Origin: Pseudomonas phage pPa_SNUABM_DT01
Direction: 5' to 3' (one strand)
Sequence record: MW735835.1
DNA: 64,000 nucleotides
The first letter of the stretch is position 1. Every line of letters starts with the position of its first letter. The translations under genes were made by a program, and so were the position numbers. Of the stretch, positions 9,832-18,527 are shown piece after piece. The notes under the pieces were generated by a model, which had not been told where the DNA came from, searched no databases, and was given only the letters and a program-made list of their open reading frames with translations.

Positions 9832-9890
9832 GGGTTTGAATTCCGAAAGAGGGAGGAAAGTCGGGGATTGCTCCCCGACTACCGTAGCAG

Positions 9891-12389
9891 TTAAACCGAG
9901 CAGCCGCCCGAGGTGCAGACCGGACCGGAGGTGTCGATGCCGTCGTCTTCCACGACTTCACGACGCACACGGGTCATCACCGCCTTGAGTGCTTCCTTGT
10001 CGGAAGTCTCGGAGTTGGTGTAGTAGACCGTCTTCTGACCCATGTGGGCCATGTAGTTGGTCTCTTCGATCAGCTGAGAAGAGTCGATCTTCTCGTCGCC
10101 CTTGAAGGTCGCGTACCAGTCGGCACTGATGGACTGATCGCCCCACTTCTGGAAGATCGCGTAGGTGTTGGTATGTTCCTTACGCGTGCGGTTCCAGGCA
10201 ATGGAGTACCATTCCTTCAGGGTGTCGGCTTCCGGCGCTACCCAGTAGATGGAGTTGTCGCCATCGGTCTTGACGATCGACAGGTAACGCAGGTCCATCA
10301 GACTGTTGGTGCAGGCACTGTACTTCGAGGACGACTCACCCGGCATGTGAGCAATGAGCGAGCTGAAGCGACCACCGCCTTGTTCGATCAGGCGACGCGA
10401 GACGTCATCCCAGTCGTACTGGTCAACGAACGGCGCCAGGGTGTCGACGTTGCGGTTGTAGGTGGACTTGGGAGTCCAGCCGCGCGGCCAGTCAGTCTTG
10501 TGAATCCACTCGGCGTTGCCGCGCTCCTGACCCAGGCGAATGGACGCATTGATCAGGTGGTACGCATGACGTTCTGCCAGACGGTGCAGTTCCATCATGC
10601 CCTCTTCCGAGGTATAGCTCAGATGGCGCTGAGCCATGTAGTGCGCGACGTCCATGAGGCCCACACCTGCGTTACGTCGTGCTTGTGCGGTGAGCTTCAT
10701 GTGCGGCAGAGCGTAGTCGTTGTGATCGATGCAGTAGTCGATCATGTACAGTGCGTTGTAGGCAGTCTCTGCGTACTGCTCTTCGCTGTGGATGTTGGTC
10801 GGGATGATGGCAGCCAGGGCACAGAGGGACACCTCCGGCTCTTGACGCTTGTCGTTGACCTGGGTCACGCGGGACCAGTCGTCATCGCCTTCCTTACGAT
10901 CCTGCGGCGCACGACGGTACATGACACCCGGCTTGAGTTCCAGCGCTGCCACGCAGCCCGGGATGCCCTTCACTTCGACCGGCACGTTGGAGTCGAGGAA
11001 CACGTCCTTCTTGTCTTCGGTGTCGAACTTGATGAAGCCCAGGAACTTGGTGCTGTACAGCTCAGTCAGGTGGTTGTAGTACCAGGTTGGCTGGGTGATC
11101 TCGACGCACAGGTTGGAGGAGTAGATCGAATCACGGTGCGGCGTGTGATAGTTGATCTCGTCGATCATGGCCAGGTAGAAGCGGCCAGTCTCGAAGCCTT
11201 CCGAACGAGCGTTCACCACCAGCTGACGGGCAGAGATGAACTTCTTCTTGAACTTCTCATCGGCTTCGTACTTGTTGTACAGCTCGATGAAGTGCCTCAG
11301 GTCCTTACCGTACAGCGCGGCGTACAGGTCCGGCGCGGTGTAGATGTTGAACAGGAAGACTTGTTCGCCCTTGGCTGACTTGTCGAGCAGCCAACGGTTC
11401 AGCATCATGGTGTAATCGATGCTGCGGTTACGCTTGTTGATCGGAGTCCGCGGGTTCTTGAGAACCATGATTTCCTGGACTTCCGGATCGTAGCAGCTGA
11501 AGTACTCGTTCAGGCTGCCGCCACGGCTACCTTGCTTGTTCGACTTGACGATGCCAGTCTGCTTGCCGTAGTACGGGATCTTGCCGCTGTGGATGATGGA
11601 ACCACCACGGATGGGGTCGCCCAGCGAGCGCACCTGCATGTTCTCGCCCAGACCGGCGGACATGTAGGTCATGACTTCGGCGATGTGGCTGGCCGCTGCG
11701 ATGGACTCTTTGGAGTCGCCAGCAGTGAACAGGCAGCACGAGAAGAAGCCGTTGTGGCCAGTGCCGAAGTTGTTGTGGTTCGGAGTCGGTGCCGACAGAC
11801 GCTCGCTGTAGAGGTCTTCGTAGATCGACTTCAGGCGAGCCATACGAAGGATCGGGTCGTGATCCTCACACATGACCATCGCGACACGCGCCAGGGCGTG
11901 CTGACGGGTCTCGTAGACCTTGCCGGTGATGCGGTTGCGCAGGGAGTACTTGTCGCGACCCTGCTTGAGTTGGTAGTGCGCGCAATGGAAGTCACGCTCG
12001 TGGTCGATCCAGGTCTCGATCAGCGCGTACTCTTCTTCGGAGTAGTTGAGCTGGACCATGACACCGGCGGCGATCATGATTTCGTGCACTTGCTTCAGCG
12101 GAAGCTTCTTCTTGCTGCCGAATACCTCTTTGTGGATATCGGCGGCATAAATGCGCCCTGCCATCAATTGGCCGGCCCAGCTGTCCTCATTCAGCGCATT
12201 GCGGATGAGGCCGTTGTTGAATTCCTTGGCTGTGCAGCGCTCAGACATCTGCGAGACGGTCTGGACGACGATCTTCTGCCAGTCGATGTATTTGGAGAAG
12301 CCACGAGCACCCCACTTACCCCAACCAAGGGCTTTCTCTGCCTGGAAAGGCACTACTCGTCCGTCGCGTTTGATGAATTCTTTGATCAT
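9891..12389 (-). CDS. nrdA: Ribonucleotide reductase class Ia large subunit (R1).
   Basis: 832 aa; active-site SSNLCVEITQP; ATP-cone-like N-terminus; C-terminal CTSGGCSV redox Cys pair. Confidence 0.85.
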   Translation of the reverse strand: MIKEFIKRDGRVVPFQAEKALGWGKWGARGFSKYIDWQKIVVQTVSQMSERCTAKEFNNGLIRNALNEDSWAGQLMAGRIYAADIHKEVFGSKKKLPLKQVHEIMIAAGVMVQLNYSEEEYALIETWIDHERDFHCAHYQLKQGRDKYSLRNRITGKVYETRQHALARVAMVMCEDHDPILRMARLKSIYEDLYSERLSAPTPNHNNFGTGHNGFFSCCLFTAGDSKESIAAASHIAEVMTYMSAGLGENMQVRSLGDPIRGGSIIHSGKIPYYGKQTGIVKSNKQGSRGGSLNEYFSCYDPEVQEIMVLKNPRTPINKRNRSIDYTMMLNRWLLDKSAKGEQVFLFNIYTAPDLYAALYGKDLRHFIELYNKYEADEKFKKKFISARQLVVNARSEGFETGRFYLAMIDEINYHTPHRDSIYSSNLCVEITQPTWYYNHLTELYSTKFLGFIKFDTEDKKDVFLDSNVPVEVKGIPGCVAALELKPGVMYRRAPQDRKEGDDDWSRVTQVNDKRQEPEVSLCALAAIIPTNIHSEEQYAETAYNALYMIDYCIDHNDYALPHMKLTAQARRNAGVGLMDVAHYMAQRHLSYTSEEGMMELHRLAERHAYHLINASIRLGQERGNAEWIHKTDWPRGWTPKSTYNRNVDTLAPFVDQYDWDDVSRRLIEQGGGRFSSLIAHMPGESSSKYSACTNSLMDLRYLSIVKTDGDNSIYWVAPEADTLKEWYSIAWNRTRKEHTNTYAIFQKWGDQSISADWYATFKGDEKIDSSQLIEETNYMAHMGQKTVYYTNSETSDKEALKAVMTRVRREVVEDDGIDTSGPVCTSGGCSV

Positions 12390-12493
12390 GGGTTACTGCC
12401 CTAGCTGGTGATTCCTTGACCGATTCCGTTAAGTGATGGTCCTCTATGCATAATGTATCCGGGGGTCTATTTCTTTTGTAAATTCGACGGATA

Positions 12494-12513
12494 TATAACG
12501 ATACATTATCGCG
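12494..12513 (+). promoter_or_regulatory. Promoter-like motif TATAACGATACATTATCGCG, about 60 nt upstream of the + gene at 12575.
   Basis: Recurs with variations at 23159, 41087, 42281 and 62320, each time upstream of a plus-strand gene block. Confidence 0.4.
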
Positions 12514-12574
12514 GTGTGAAGGCCCAGTTAAAATAAAAGGACCAACACTTTACTATGCTGTAAGGGGAGTTTTT

Positions 12575-12889
12575 ATGGAAGCCATAACCGTCCACAAGCT
12601 CAACGATAAGCTCATTGTGAGCCTCCTTGAGTTACCGGGGTTTCGCCGCTTGGGGGCAGTGGTAGTGCGGAACGAGCAAGGAGAGAAGTCAGGCGACGTG
12701 GATGTCTACTTCTCGGGCGATTACTTCGATCATCAACTTGAACCAGGGGAGTTCGATAAAACGCGTAACCAGATGACCAAGCTGGTCAGGAACTACGCAA
12801 TCAAAAATAAGCTGGGCGTCTCGACAGGGCGGTTCAATCTGTCCCTGACGTTGCGCGAACGAGCAAACGCAAAACTCGCAGTGGTATAA
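12575..12889 (+). CDS. Hypothetical protein, 104 aa.
   Basis: ORF with GGAG upstream; first gene after the divergent intergenic region. Confidence 0.45.
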   Translation: MEAITVHKLNDKLIVSLLELPGFRRLGAVVVRNEQGEKSGDVDVYFSGDYFDHQLEPGEFDKTRNQMTKLVRNYAIKNKLGVSTGRFNLSLTLRERANAKLAVV

Positions 12890-12899
12890 GGGGAACTCA

Positions 12900-13235
12900 A
12901 TGGGTTGGATCAGAAACATGCGCGGTCGCCAAGAAGAGCGTGAAAGACTGTACAAAAGCATCGAGATCAACGGGAGAGCACTCCTCGGTCTGATCAAGGT
13001 ACCTCCAGCTCGAGCGTACGGGTTAGAAACCCTGAATGAAGAAATCCGTTCCATCTACCGTGAATTCCTTGATCAAGGGAAGCGGCTGGGTGAACTGAGC
13101 AAAGGTCAACCCTGGTATGTGGTTTCCTGGTACGGAACCCGTATCTGTGAAATGGCAACGAATGCCAAAAACTACTTAACCATGATCGAGAAGAAGATCT
13201 ATGGTCCACCATTAACACCCTCGGAAGAAGGTTAA
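12900..13235 (+). CDS. Hypothetical protein, 111 aa.
   Basis: Tightly packed ORF. Confidence 0.45.
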   Translation: MGWIRNMRGRQEERERLYKSIEINGRALLGLIKVPPARAYGLETLNEEIRSIYREFLDQGKRLGELSKGQPWYVVSWYGTRICEMATNAKNYLTMIEKKIYGPPLTPSEEG

Positions 13236-13239
13236 CGAC

Positions 13240-14064
13240 ATGTCCCTCAAGAGCGATGGCTGGATCATCCACCAGTGTTCCAAGCCCACTCACCGTTATC
13301 ACGTTTACGGTCATCCTGAGAAGTTCAGGCTGATCTCTCCGCCTTACTCGTTCGAAGAACGTCAGGCCATCGACAACTGGTGTCCTGAGATGGGTCACGA
13401 GCGCCTGATGCGTCGCGACTACGCCATGCCTCTGGAAGAAGCAGAATTGGCTGACTGGAAGCCAATGATCGAGAACTTCCATGAGCAGCCGGTCCGTTAC
13501 GTGGACAAGACCACGGGTGAGCCGGTGAACCTAGCCGATGGCGTCGACCCTGATGGCGCCCTGCGCAAGGTCATCTCCTACGGCACGTCGTCGTACGGCT
13601 ACGATGTCCGCCTGGCTGGCAACGTCGAACACCTCAAGGTCTTCACCAACGTCTACGAAGCCGAGATCGATCCCAAGCGCATGAAGGCTACGAACTTCGG
13701 CACCCCGGCGATCAAGGTGGATGAGGACGGTGCACGTTACGTGATGATCCCGCCGCACAGCTACCTGCAAGGCCCGACCATGGAGTACTTCCGCATTCCG
13801 CGCGATGTACTCGTGATCGTGTTGGGTAAGAGCACCTACGCCCGCTCTGCCCTGATCTGCAACGTCACTCCGATCGAGCCTGAGTTTGAAGGCGAAGTTG
13901 TGATCGAAGTGGCCAACACCACCAACAGCCCTGTCCGCTGCTACCTGGAAGAAGGCATCGCACAGTTCGTCTTCTTCCAAGGCGACGAAGCCTGCCTGCG
14001 TTCCTACAAGGACAAGCTCGGCAAGTACATGGGACAACGCGGCCTGCAACTGGCTAAGGTATAA
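13240..14064 (+). CDS. dcd: dCTP deaminase / dUTPase-fold enzyme with a ~100-aa N-terminal extension.
   Basis: Dcd-like core: ISYGTSSYGYDVRL .. GKSTYARSALI .. VTPIEPEFEGEVVIEVANTT. Confidence 0.75.
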   Translation: MSLKSDGWIIHQCSKPTHRYHVYGHPEKFRLISPPYSFEERQAIDNWCPEMGHERLMRRDYAMPLEEAELADWKPMIENFHEQPVRYVDKTTGEPVNLADGVDPDGALRKVISYGTSSYGYDVRLAGNVEHLKVFTNVYEAEIDPKRMKATNFGTPAIKVDEDGARYVMIPPHSYLQGPTMEYFRIPRDVLVIVLGKSTYARSALICNVTPIEPEFEGEVVIEVANTTNSPVRCYLEEGIAQFVFFQGDEACLRSYKDKLGKYMGQRGLQLAKV

Positions 14065-14068
14065 CGAG

Positions 14069-14449
14069 ATGAAAGAAGCAGTACTGAAACTCGGCGTGGG
14101 TCAAATCCAGATTTCCGATGAGACCCTGGAGAAACTCAAGGCCAAAGCCGACAAAGGCCAGCTCCTCTCTGAGTTCGGCGCACCTCGATTGCCGGAGGGT
14201 GTAGGTGGCGCTGAGAAAGCTGACCGTTACCGCACCATTCTGCCATCCCGTGTCTGTGCCCAGATCACTAATCTGCACCGTGGTGATGACGGCAACGTCT
14301 ACGGCACTGTCAAACCCCACGGCCCCATGGCCAAGGTGTTGAAGCAGGCAATGGAAGGCGGTAATGCCGAAGCACTTCAATTCGGTGTCCGCGTCGTCAC
14401 CCGCGCCAGCGTCTCTGAAGCCATCACCTACGACCTCGTCAAGTTCTGA
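14069..14449 (+). CDS. Hypothetical protein, 126 aa.
   Basis: ORF coupled to its neighbours. Confidence 0.45.
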   Translation: MKEAVLKLGVGQIQISDETLEKLKAKADKGQLLSEFGAPRLPEGVGGAEKADRYRTILPSRVCAQITNLHRGDDGNVYGTVKPHGPMAKVLKQAMEGGNAEALQFGVRVVTRASVSEAITYDLVKF

Positions 14450-14456
14450 GGACAAC

Positions 14457-15407
14457 ATGAAAGACACCATCGTTCTGTATCACCGTGGCTGCAATGACGG
14501 TATCGTTGCTGCCTGGGCTGTACGCCAGAAACTGGGCATGGGGCCGCACGTCAAGTACTTCCCTTACCAGTACGGCGAGAAGCTGCCGGTAGAAGTGTTC
14601 GGCAACCATGTCATCATGGTCGACCTGTCCGTCCCGGAGAAGCAGCTTGCTGAGCTGCGTCAGGAAGTGGAGTCGGTGCTCATCATTGACCACCACAAGA
14701 CGGCTGAACCGCTGCAAGCTGCCATGCGCCCGGTGAGAACCTACAGCGAGTACATCCGCTATCGGTCGCAGGGCGATATGACGTTCCTGTACTTCGATAA
14801 GGAACATTCGGGTGCGGTCTTGACCTGGGCCTTCTTCAACGACCACAAGGACATCGACACCGCGTTGATGCCTATGGCGCTGAAATTGATCGAGGACTAC
14901 GACCTGTGGAAACACGAGCACCCGGACTCGAAGGCAGTCAACGCCTGGCTGATCAATGGTGGCCTCTCCATGGACCGTGTCGACCAGCTGATGTCGCATG
15001 ATGGCGAAGTACCGGAAGAAGTCTTGCTCGTTGGGCGCGCCCTGATGCGTTACGACGACAAGATCATCAAGTCGGTGCTGCGTGAATACGTGGTCGAGGA
15101 AACCCTCGATGACGGCACCACGCTCGCCATCGTCAACGCTCCGCACCACCTGCGTAACGAGATCGGTGATCGTCTCGCTGACAAGTACGACTTCGTGGCG
15201 CTCTACACCTACCGCAAGGAGAAGGTGATCTGGAGCCTGCGATCCAAGTCCTACGACGTCTCGAAGGTAGCCGAGAAGTTCGATGGTGGTGGTCATCACC
15301 TGGCTGCCGCCTTCGCTCGGGTTCATCATCCGATCCGTCATCCATTCCACCGTTTCAGTATCCGCCGCCGTCTGAAGGCTGCGTGGTACGGCCTGATAGG
15401 GAAATAG
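14457..15407 (+). CDS. DHH-DHHA1 phosphoesterase (NrnA / pAp-phosphatase-like nanoRNase), 316 aa from MKDTIVLY.
   Basis: YHRGCNDGIVAAWA (DHH motifs I/II), LIIDHHK (DHH), GGGHHLAAAF (DHHA1 GGGH). Confidence 0.7.
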   Translation: MKDTIVLYHRGCNDGIVAAWAVRQKLGMGPHVKYFPYQYGEKLPVEVFGNHVIMVDLSVPEKQLAELRQEVESVLIIDHHKTAEPLQAAMRPVRTYSEYIRYRSQGDMTFLYFDKEHSGAVLTWAFFNDHKDIDTALMPMALKLIEDYDLWKHEHPDSKAVNAWLINGGLSMDRVDQLMSHDGEVPEEVLLVGRALMRYDDKIIKSVLREYVVEETLDDGTTLAIVNAPHHLRNEIGDRLADKYDFVALYTYRKEKVIWSLRSKSYDVSKVAEKFDGGGHHLAAAFARVHHPIRHPFHRFSIRRRLKAAWYGLIGK

Positions 15408-15409
15408 CA

Positions 15410-15640
15410 ATGGCAAAAAAGAAACTGCGTGCTCCCGCTCGTGTCAATGCTTACGAGCATTACATGCGCGGTCGTGATCTCTGCGACACCAGCGTGGAGA
15501 TCACTCAAGGCAACGGCCACAAGGCCTGGGTCCCTGCTCGGTTCATGGGCTATGACACCATCCTCGAACGGATCAAGCTCACCTGGGCGGTCTTCACGGG
15601 CCGTGCAGACGCACTGTTCTGGCCGGGGCAGGAGGACTGA
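15410..15640 (+). CDS. Hypothetical protein, 76 aa (MAKKKLRAP..).
   Basis: ATG 3 nt after the preceding stop. Confidence 0.4.
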   Translation: MAKKKLRAPARVNAYEHYMRGRDLCDTSVEITQGNGHKAWVPARFMGYDTILERIKLTWAVFTGRADALFWPGQED

Positions 15641-15642
15641 GC

Positions 15643-15852
15643 ATGACCGACAACTCCGTGCTGATCATCGCATCTGTCGTCATGGCTGCGGTGGTTCAGA
15701 TGCTCGTCCCGTTCCTGTTCCAACTCTGGCGACCGAGCAAGACCGTCCCCAACCCGCTGCTGGTGATCTTCGTTTACTGGCCAGCGGCATCGCTGGTCAT
15801 CTGGGCGATCCTCTGGATTGCCTACCGGCTGTATTTCAACTCTTACCCCTGA
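15643..15852 (+). CDS. Small two-helix membrane protein, 69 aa.
   Basis: Two hydrophobic stretches. Confidence 0.4.
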   Translation: MTDNSVLIIASVVMAAVVQMLVPFLFQLWRPSKTVPNPLLVIFVYWPAASLVIWAILWIAYRLYFNSYP

Positions 15853-15868
15853 GAAAGGGTATAACCCA

Positions 15869-15888
15869 CCGGCTACATGAGTAGCCGG
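15869..15888 (+). terminator. Hairpin CCGGCTACATGAGTAGCCGG followed by TTTTT.
   Basis: Canonical intrinsic terminator after the gene ending at 15852. Confidence 0.5.
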
Positions 15889-15946
15889 TTTTTAACCGTC
15901 CGCAAGGACATCACCCTAAAGCTACCCAAGTAGCAGGAGACTTCCC

Positions 15947-16366
15947 ATGGAAGCCAAAGAAACCGCCCGTCAAGCCGCACTGCACGAGAACCTCGAAGTC
16001 CTGACCATTCGCCAACTGAAGGCGTTGCTCTGCTTCCAGACTCTCCAGATGATGGCCACGCGGAAACAGACCGTCAACTACGAGACCCTGGCGATCATGT
16101 TAGGCATGCCTTCTCAAGGCAGCCAATTGGCCCAGTCGATCTCGCCGGTCCTGTACGACGTCTTCAACTTCTGCATCGAAGCAGGCCTACCGCACCTGAC
16201 CGTCCTGGTGGTGCGTAAGTCCGGCCGTGACCGCGATCTCCCTGGTCCGGGCTTCTGGAAGGTGTACCGCCCGAATGAAGAGCTGAACATGGCTCAGAAG
16301 GTGGAACTCACCGAAGAAGAAACCACGAAGTGCTTCCGCCTGTTCGAGAAGCTTGGCGCCTCGTAA
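15947..16366 (+). CDS. Hypothetical protein, 139 aa.
   Basis: ORF with GGAG upstream. Confidence 0.45.
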   Translation: MEAKETARQAALHENLEVLTIRQLKALLCFQTLQMMATRKQTVNYETLAIMLGMPSQGSQLAQSISPVLYDVFNFCIEAGLPHLTVLVVRKSGRDRDLPGPGFWKVYRPNEELNMAQKVELTEEETTKCFRLFEKLGAS

Positions 16367-16385
16367 CGCCTAGAAGGAACCTATC

Positions 16386-17189
16386 ATGAAACGAATTCTC
16401 AGCATCCTGTTACTGTCGTTCTGCGCCAATGCACTGGCCGCGGTGGACTACACATGGACCAGCCTCGCCATCCCGGATGAGACCTCCACCAAGGGCCTCC
16501 CTGCCGTGATCCCTTGCGTAACCAAGACGGCACAGGACGGCAAGCCTCTGCTAGTGTGCACCTGGATGGAGACTTCGCGTGAAGTCCTTATCTGGGATGC
16601 TCAGCGGCAGCAGGATGTACGCTACGTCAACCAGGTGGGTGGCACGTGCCTCCGTGGCAAATGTCGCACCAGCAACGCCATTGTCGGTCAATGGAACCAA
16701 GACGGCTATTTCCGGCTGTCCATCTGGTACCAGATCGGCGTGAGCACCGATGGCTTGCCGGTGGCCTACCGCATTGATACCAACAAACAGGTGTCGTACC
16801 TGGATGCTGGGATTTCGTTGCTGCAATTCTATCTGGACATCGGGGTGCCCGACGATCAGATCCGTCCGACCTTCGAAAACCGCTACCAAGGCGGTTATCA
16901 AGGTTTCCGTGATGCAGGCGGTTACCTGTCCAGCGATCCGTTGGACTTGCCGCCTACTAACGTCACGGCCAGCGCTACTCAATCCGAGTGGCCTGAAGTC
17001 AAAACTGCGTGGTGTAACCCGCGCATGGATGACGACTGCTACATCAACGGGAAGAAGGTACCGATTGCCGAGTTGGGCAAGTGGCTCCCAGACGTCGCCG
17101 AATCGAACATAGACCAGATCGGCGGCTACTGCGAGACCATCCTCTGCTTCGACAAGGACAATCAGCCGATCGGCTACCTGTTGCAATAA
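16386..17189 (+). CDS. Secreted / periplasmic Cys-rich protein, 267 aa, with an N-terminal signal peptide.
   Basis: MKRILSILLLSFCANALAAV, a signal peptide with an AxA cleavage site. Confidence 0.5.
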   Translation: MKRILSILLLSFCANALAAVDYTWTSLAIPDETSTKGLPAVIPCVTKTAQDGKPLLVCTWMETSREVLIWDAQRQQDVRYVNQVGGTCLRGKCRTSNAIVGQWNQDGYFRLSIWYQIGVSTDGLPVAYRIDTNKQVSYLDAGISLLQFYLDIGVPDDQIRPTFENRYQGGYQGFRDAGGYLSSDPLDLPPTNVTASATQSEWPEVKTAWCNPRMDDDCYINGKKVPIAELGKWLPDVAESNIDQIGGYCETILCFDKDNQPIGYLLQ

Positions 17190-17244
17190 CTTCGTTCCAC
17201 AGGGGCTGCCCATGTAGCCCCTTTGACCACTATGGGGTAACAAA

Positions 17245-17787
17245 ATGTCTGTAATGATCCTGAAGACCGGCTACATCATTCATGACCTCGGTCTGGTTCC
17301 GCGTATCAAAGGCTTGTCCCGTGACCCGCACAGCGGACGTGACCGCTGGGTCGTCAATCCGACCAACAGCAACACTGTCGAAGAGCGCACCGTGTTCCAC
17401 GACGGTTGCTACGGCCAGTCTGCTGCCATGTCTTACAAGGCTGCCATCGAGTTCCTCTACGCCCACAGCGAACGCCTCTACACCGGCGGCATGCGTCGTA
17501 CGCTCCACGAGCGTCGGGACAAGAAGAACAAGACAGGTACAGTCGGCGTGTGCTTGAACATCACGCACCGTGGCAATCTGGATTACTACTGTGTGGTGGC
17601 CACACCTCTGGCTGAGCAGCCGGGCATGATGATCTATGCGGGTAACGAGAACACCAAGGATAAATACCTTGCTGCTGCACTCGTGCTGGCTAAGGACCAT
17701 CGGGATAACGCTGTGCACAAGTACAGCAAGCGACGCCGCGTGAAACTCAAGGACGCCATGCCATGGCGAATCCCGGGTATCATGTGA
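17245..17787 (+). CDS. Hypothetical basic protein, 180 aa; possible AP2-like DNA-binding fold.
   Basis: KTGTVGVCLNITHRGNLDYYCVVA .. KDKYLAAALVLA loosely resembles an AP2 / integrase DNA-binding domain; weak. Confidence 0.4.
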   Translation: MSVMILKTGYIIHDLGLVPRIKGLSRDPHSGRDRWVVNPTNSNTVEERTVFHDGCYGQSAAMSYKAAIEFLYAHSERLYTGGMRRTLHERRDKKNKTGTVGVCLNITHRGNLDYYCVVATPLAEQPGMMIYAGNENTKDKYLAAALVLAKDHRDNAVHKYSKRRRVKLKDAMPWRIPGIM

Positions 17788-17797
17788 CGATCTCTAG

Positions 17798-17821
17798 CAG
17801 GGAGGGGTCATCCCCTCCCTG
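17798..17821 (+). terminator. Hairpin CAGGGAGGGGTCATCCCCTCCCTG followed by TTTATTTTTTCTTTG.
   Basis: Inverted repeat plus T-run. Confidence 0.5.
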
Positions 17822-17854
17822 CATCCCTTTATTTTTTCTTTGTTCGAGGACGCC

Positions 17855-18466
17855 ATGGCTCGTAACACTCCTCCGATGAATGTCTCGGGTGCCTTCCTCC
17901 TACGTTCCCCATTTGTGGCCGACCCAGCGAAAAGCTACACGGTCACTGCCCTGCGTAGCTTCGCAGAACTGGTGGCACGTGGACAGGACCCACTCAAGCT
18001 GATCTACCTGCCCGTCAACCTCAGCGAAACCAACTACGCTGAAGACCAACTGGAAGGTGCGCTGGTTGTTGCACTGCGTGACAGCACTGGCAAGATCCTC
18101 TATGTCCCTGACACCTGGATCGACCGTTACCCGAACATGGGCAGCGTACCGTACAGTCGTCTGGTGGCTGCGATTGATCTGGGCATGTGGCCTGACGCTC
18201 GTGACCTGGACGATGTCGAACAGGCGATCAAGGAATCCATCCGGTCCAAGATCGGCGTAGACGTCGAAGTCAAGCTGACTCGCGGCATTGCCACCGACTT
18301 CGTCTCTGAGGAACGTCACGTCCAACTCACCCAAGCCCGTGAGAACGCCGTGACCAACAACGAGACCTACACCGCCACCATCATTCGCCTGTCCGATGAG
18401 ATCGCCCGTAAGGACGTTACCATCGCCGAACAAGCGGAATTGATCCAAGCCCTGGCCAACCCCTAG
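17855..18466 (+). CDS. Hypothetical protein, 203 aa from MARNTPP.
   Basis: ATG with GAGGAC 6 nt upstream; the track start is a TTG 15 nt further up. Confidence 0.5.
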   Translation: MARNTPPMNVSGAFLLRSPFVADPAKSYTVTALRSFAELVARGQDPLKLIYLPVNLSETNYAEDQLEGALVVALRDSTGKILYVPDTWIDRYPNMGSVPYSRLVAAIDLGMWPDARDLDDVEQAIKESIRSKIGVDVEVKLTRGIATDFVSEERHVQLTQARENAVTNNETYTATIIRLSDEIARKDVTIAEQAELIQALANP

Positions 18467-18481
18467 AGTACCTGACAAACG

Positions 18482-18517
18482 GCATAGAGAGCAGCTCCTA
18501 GGAGCTGCTCTCTATGC
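18482..18517. terminator. Bidirectional hairpin GCATAGAGAGCAGCTCCTAGGAGCTGCTCTCTATGC (CATAGAG family).
   Basis: 36-nt perfect palindrome between convergent genes. Confidence 0.55.
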
Positions 18518-18527
18518 TGCTGTGCTG

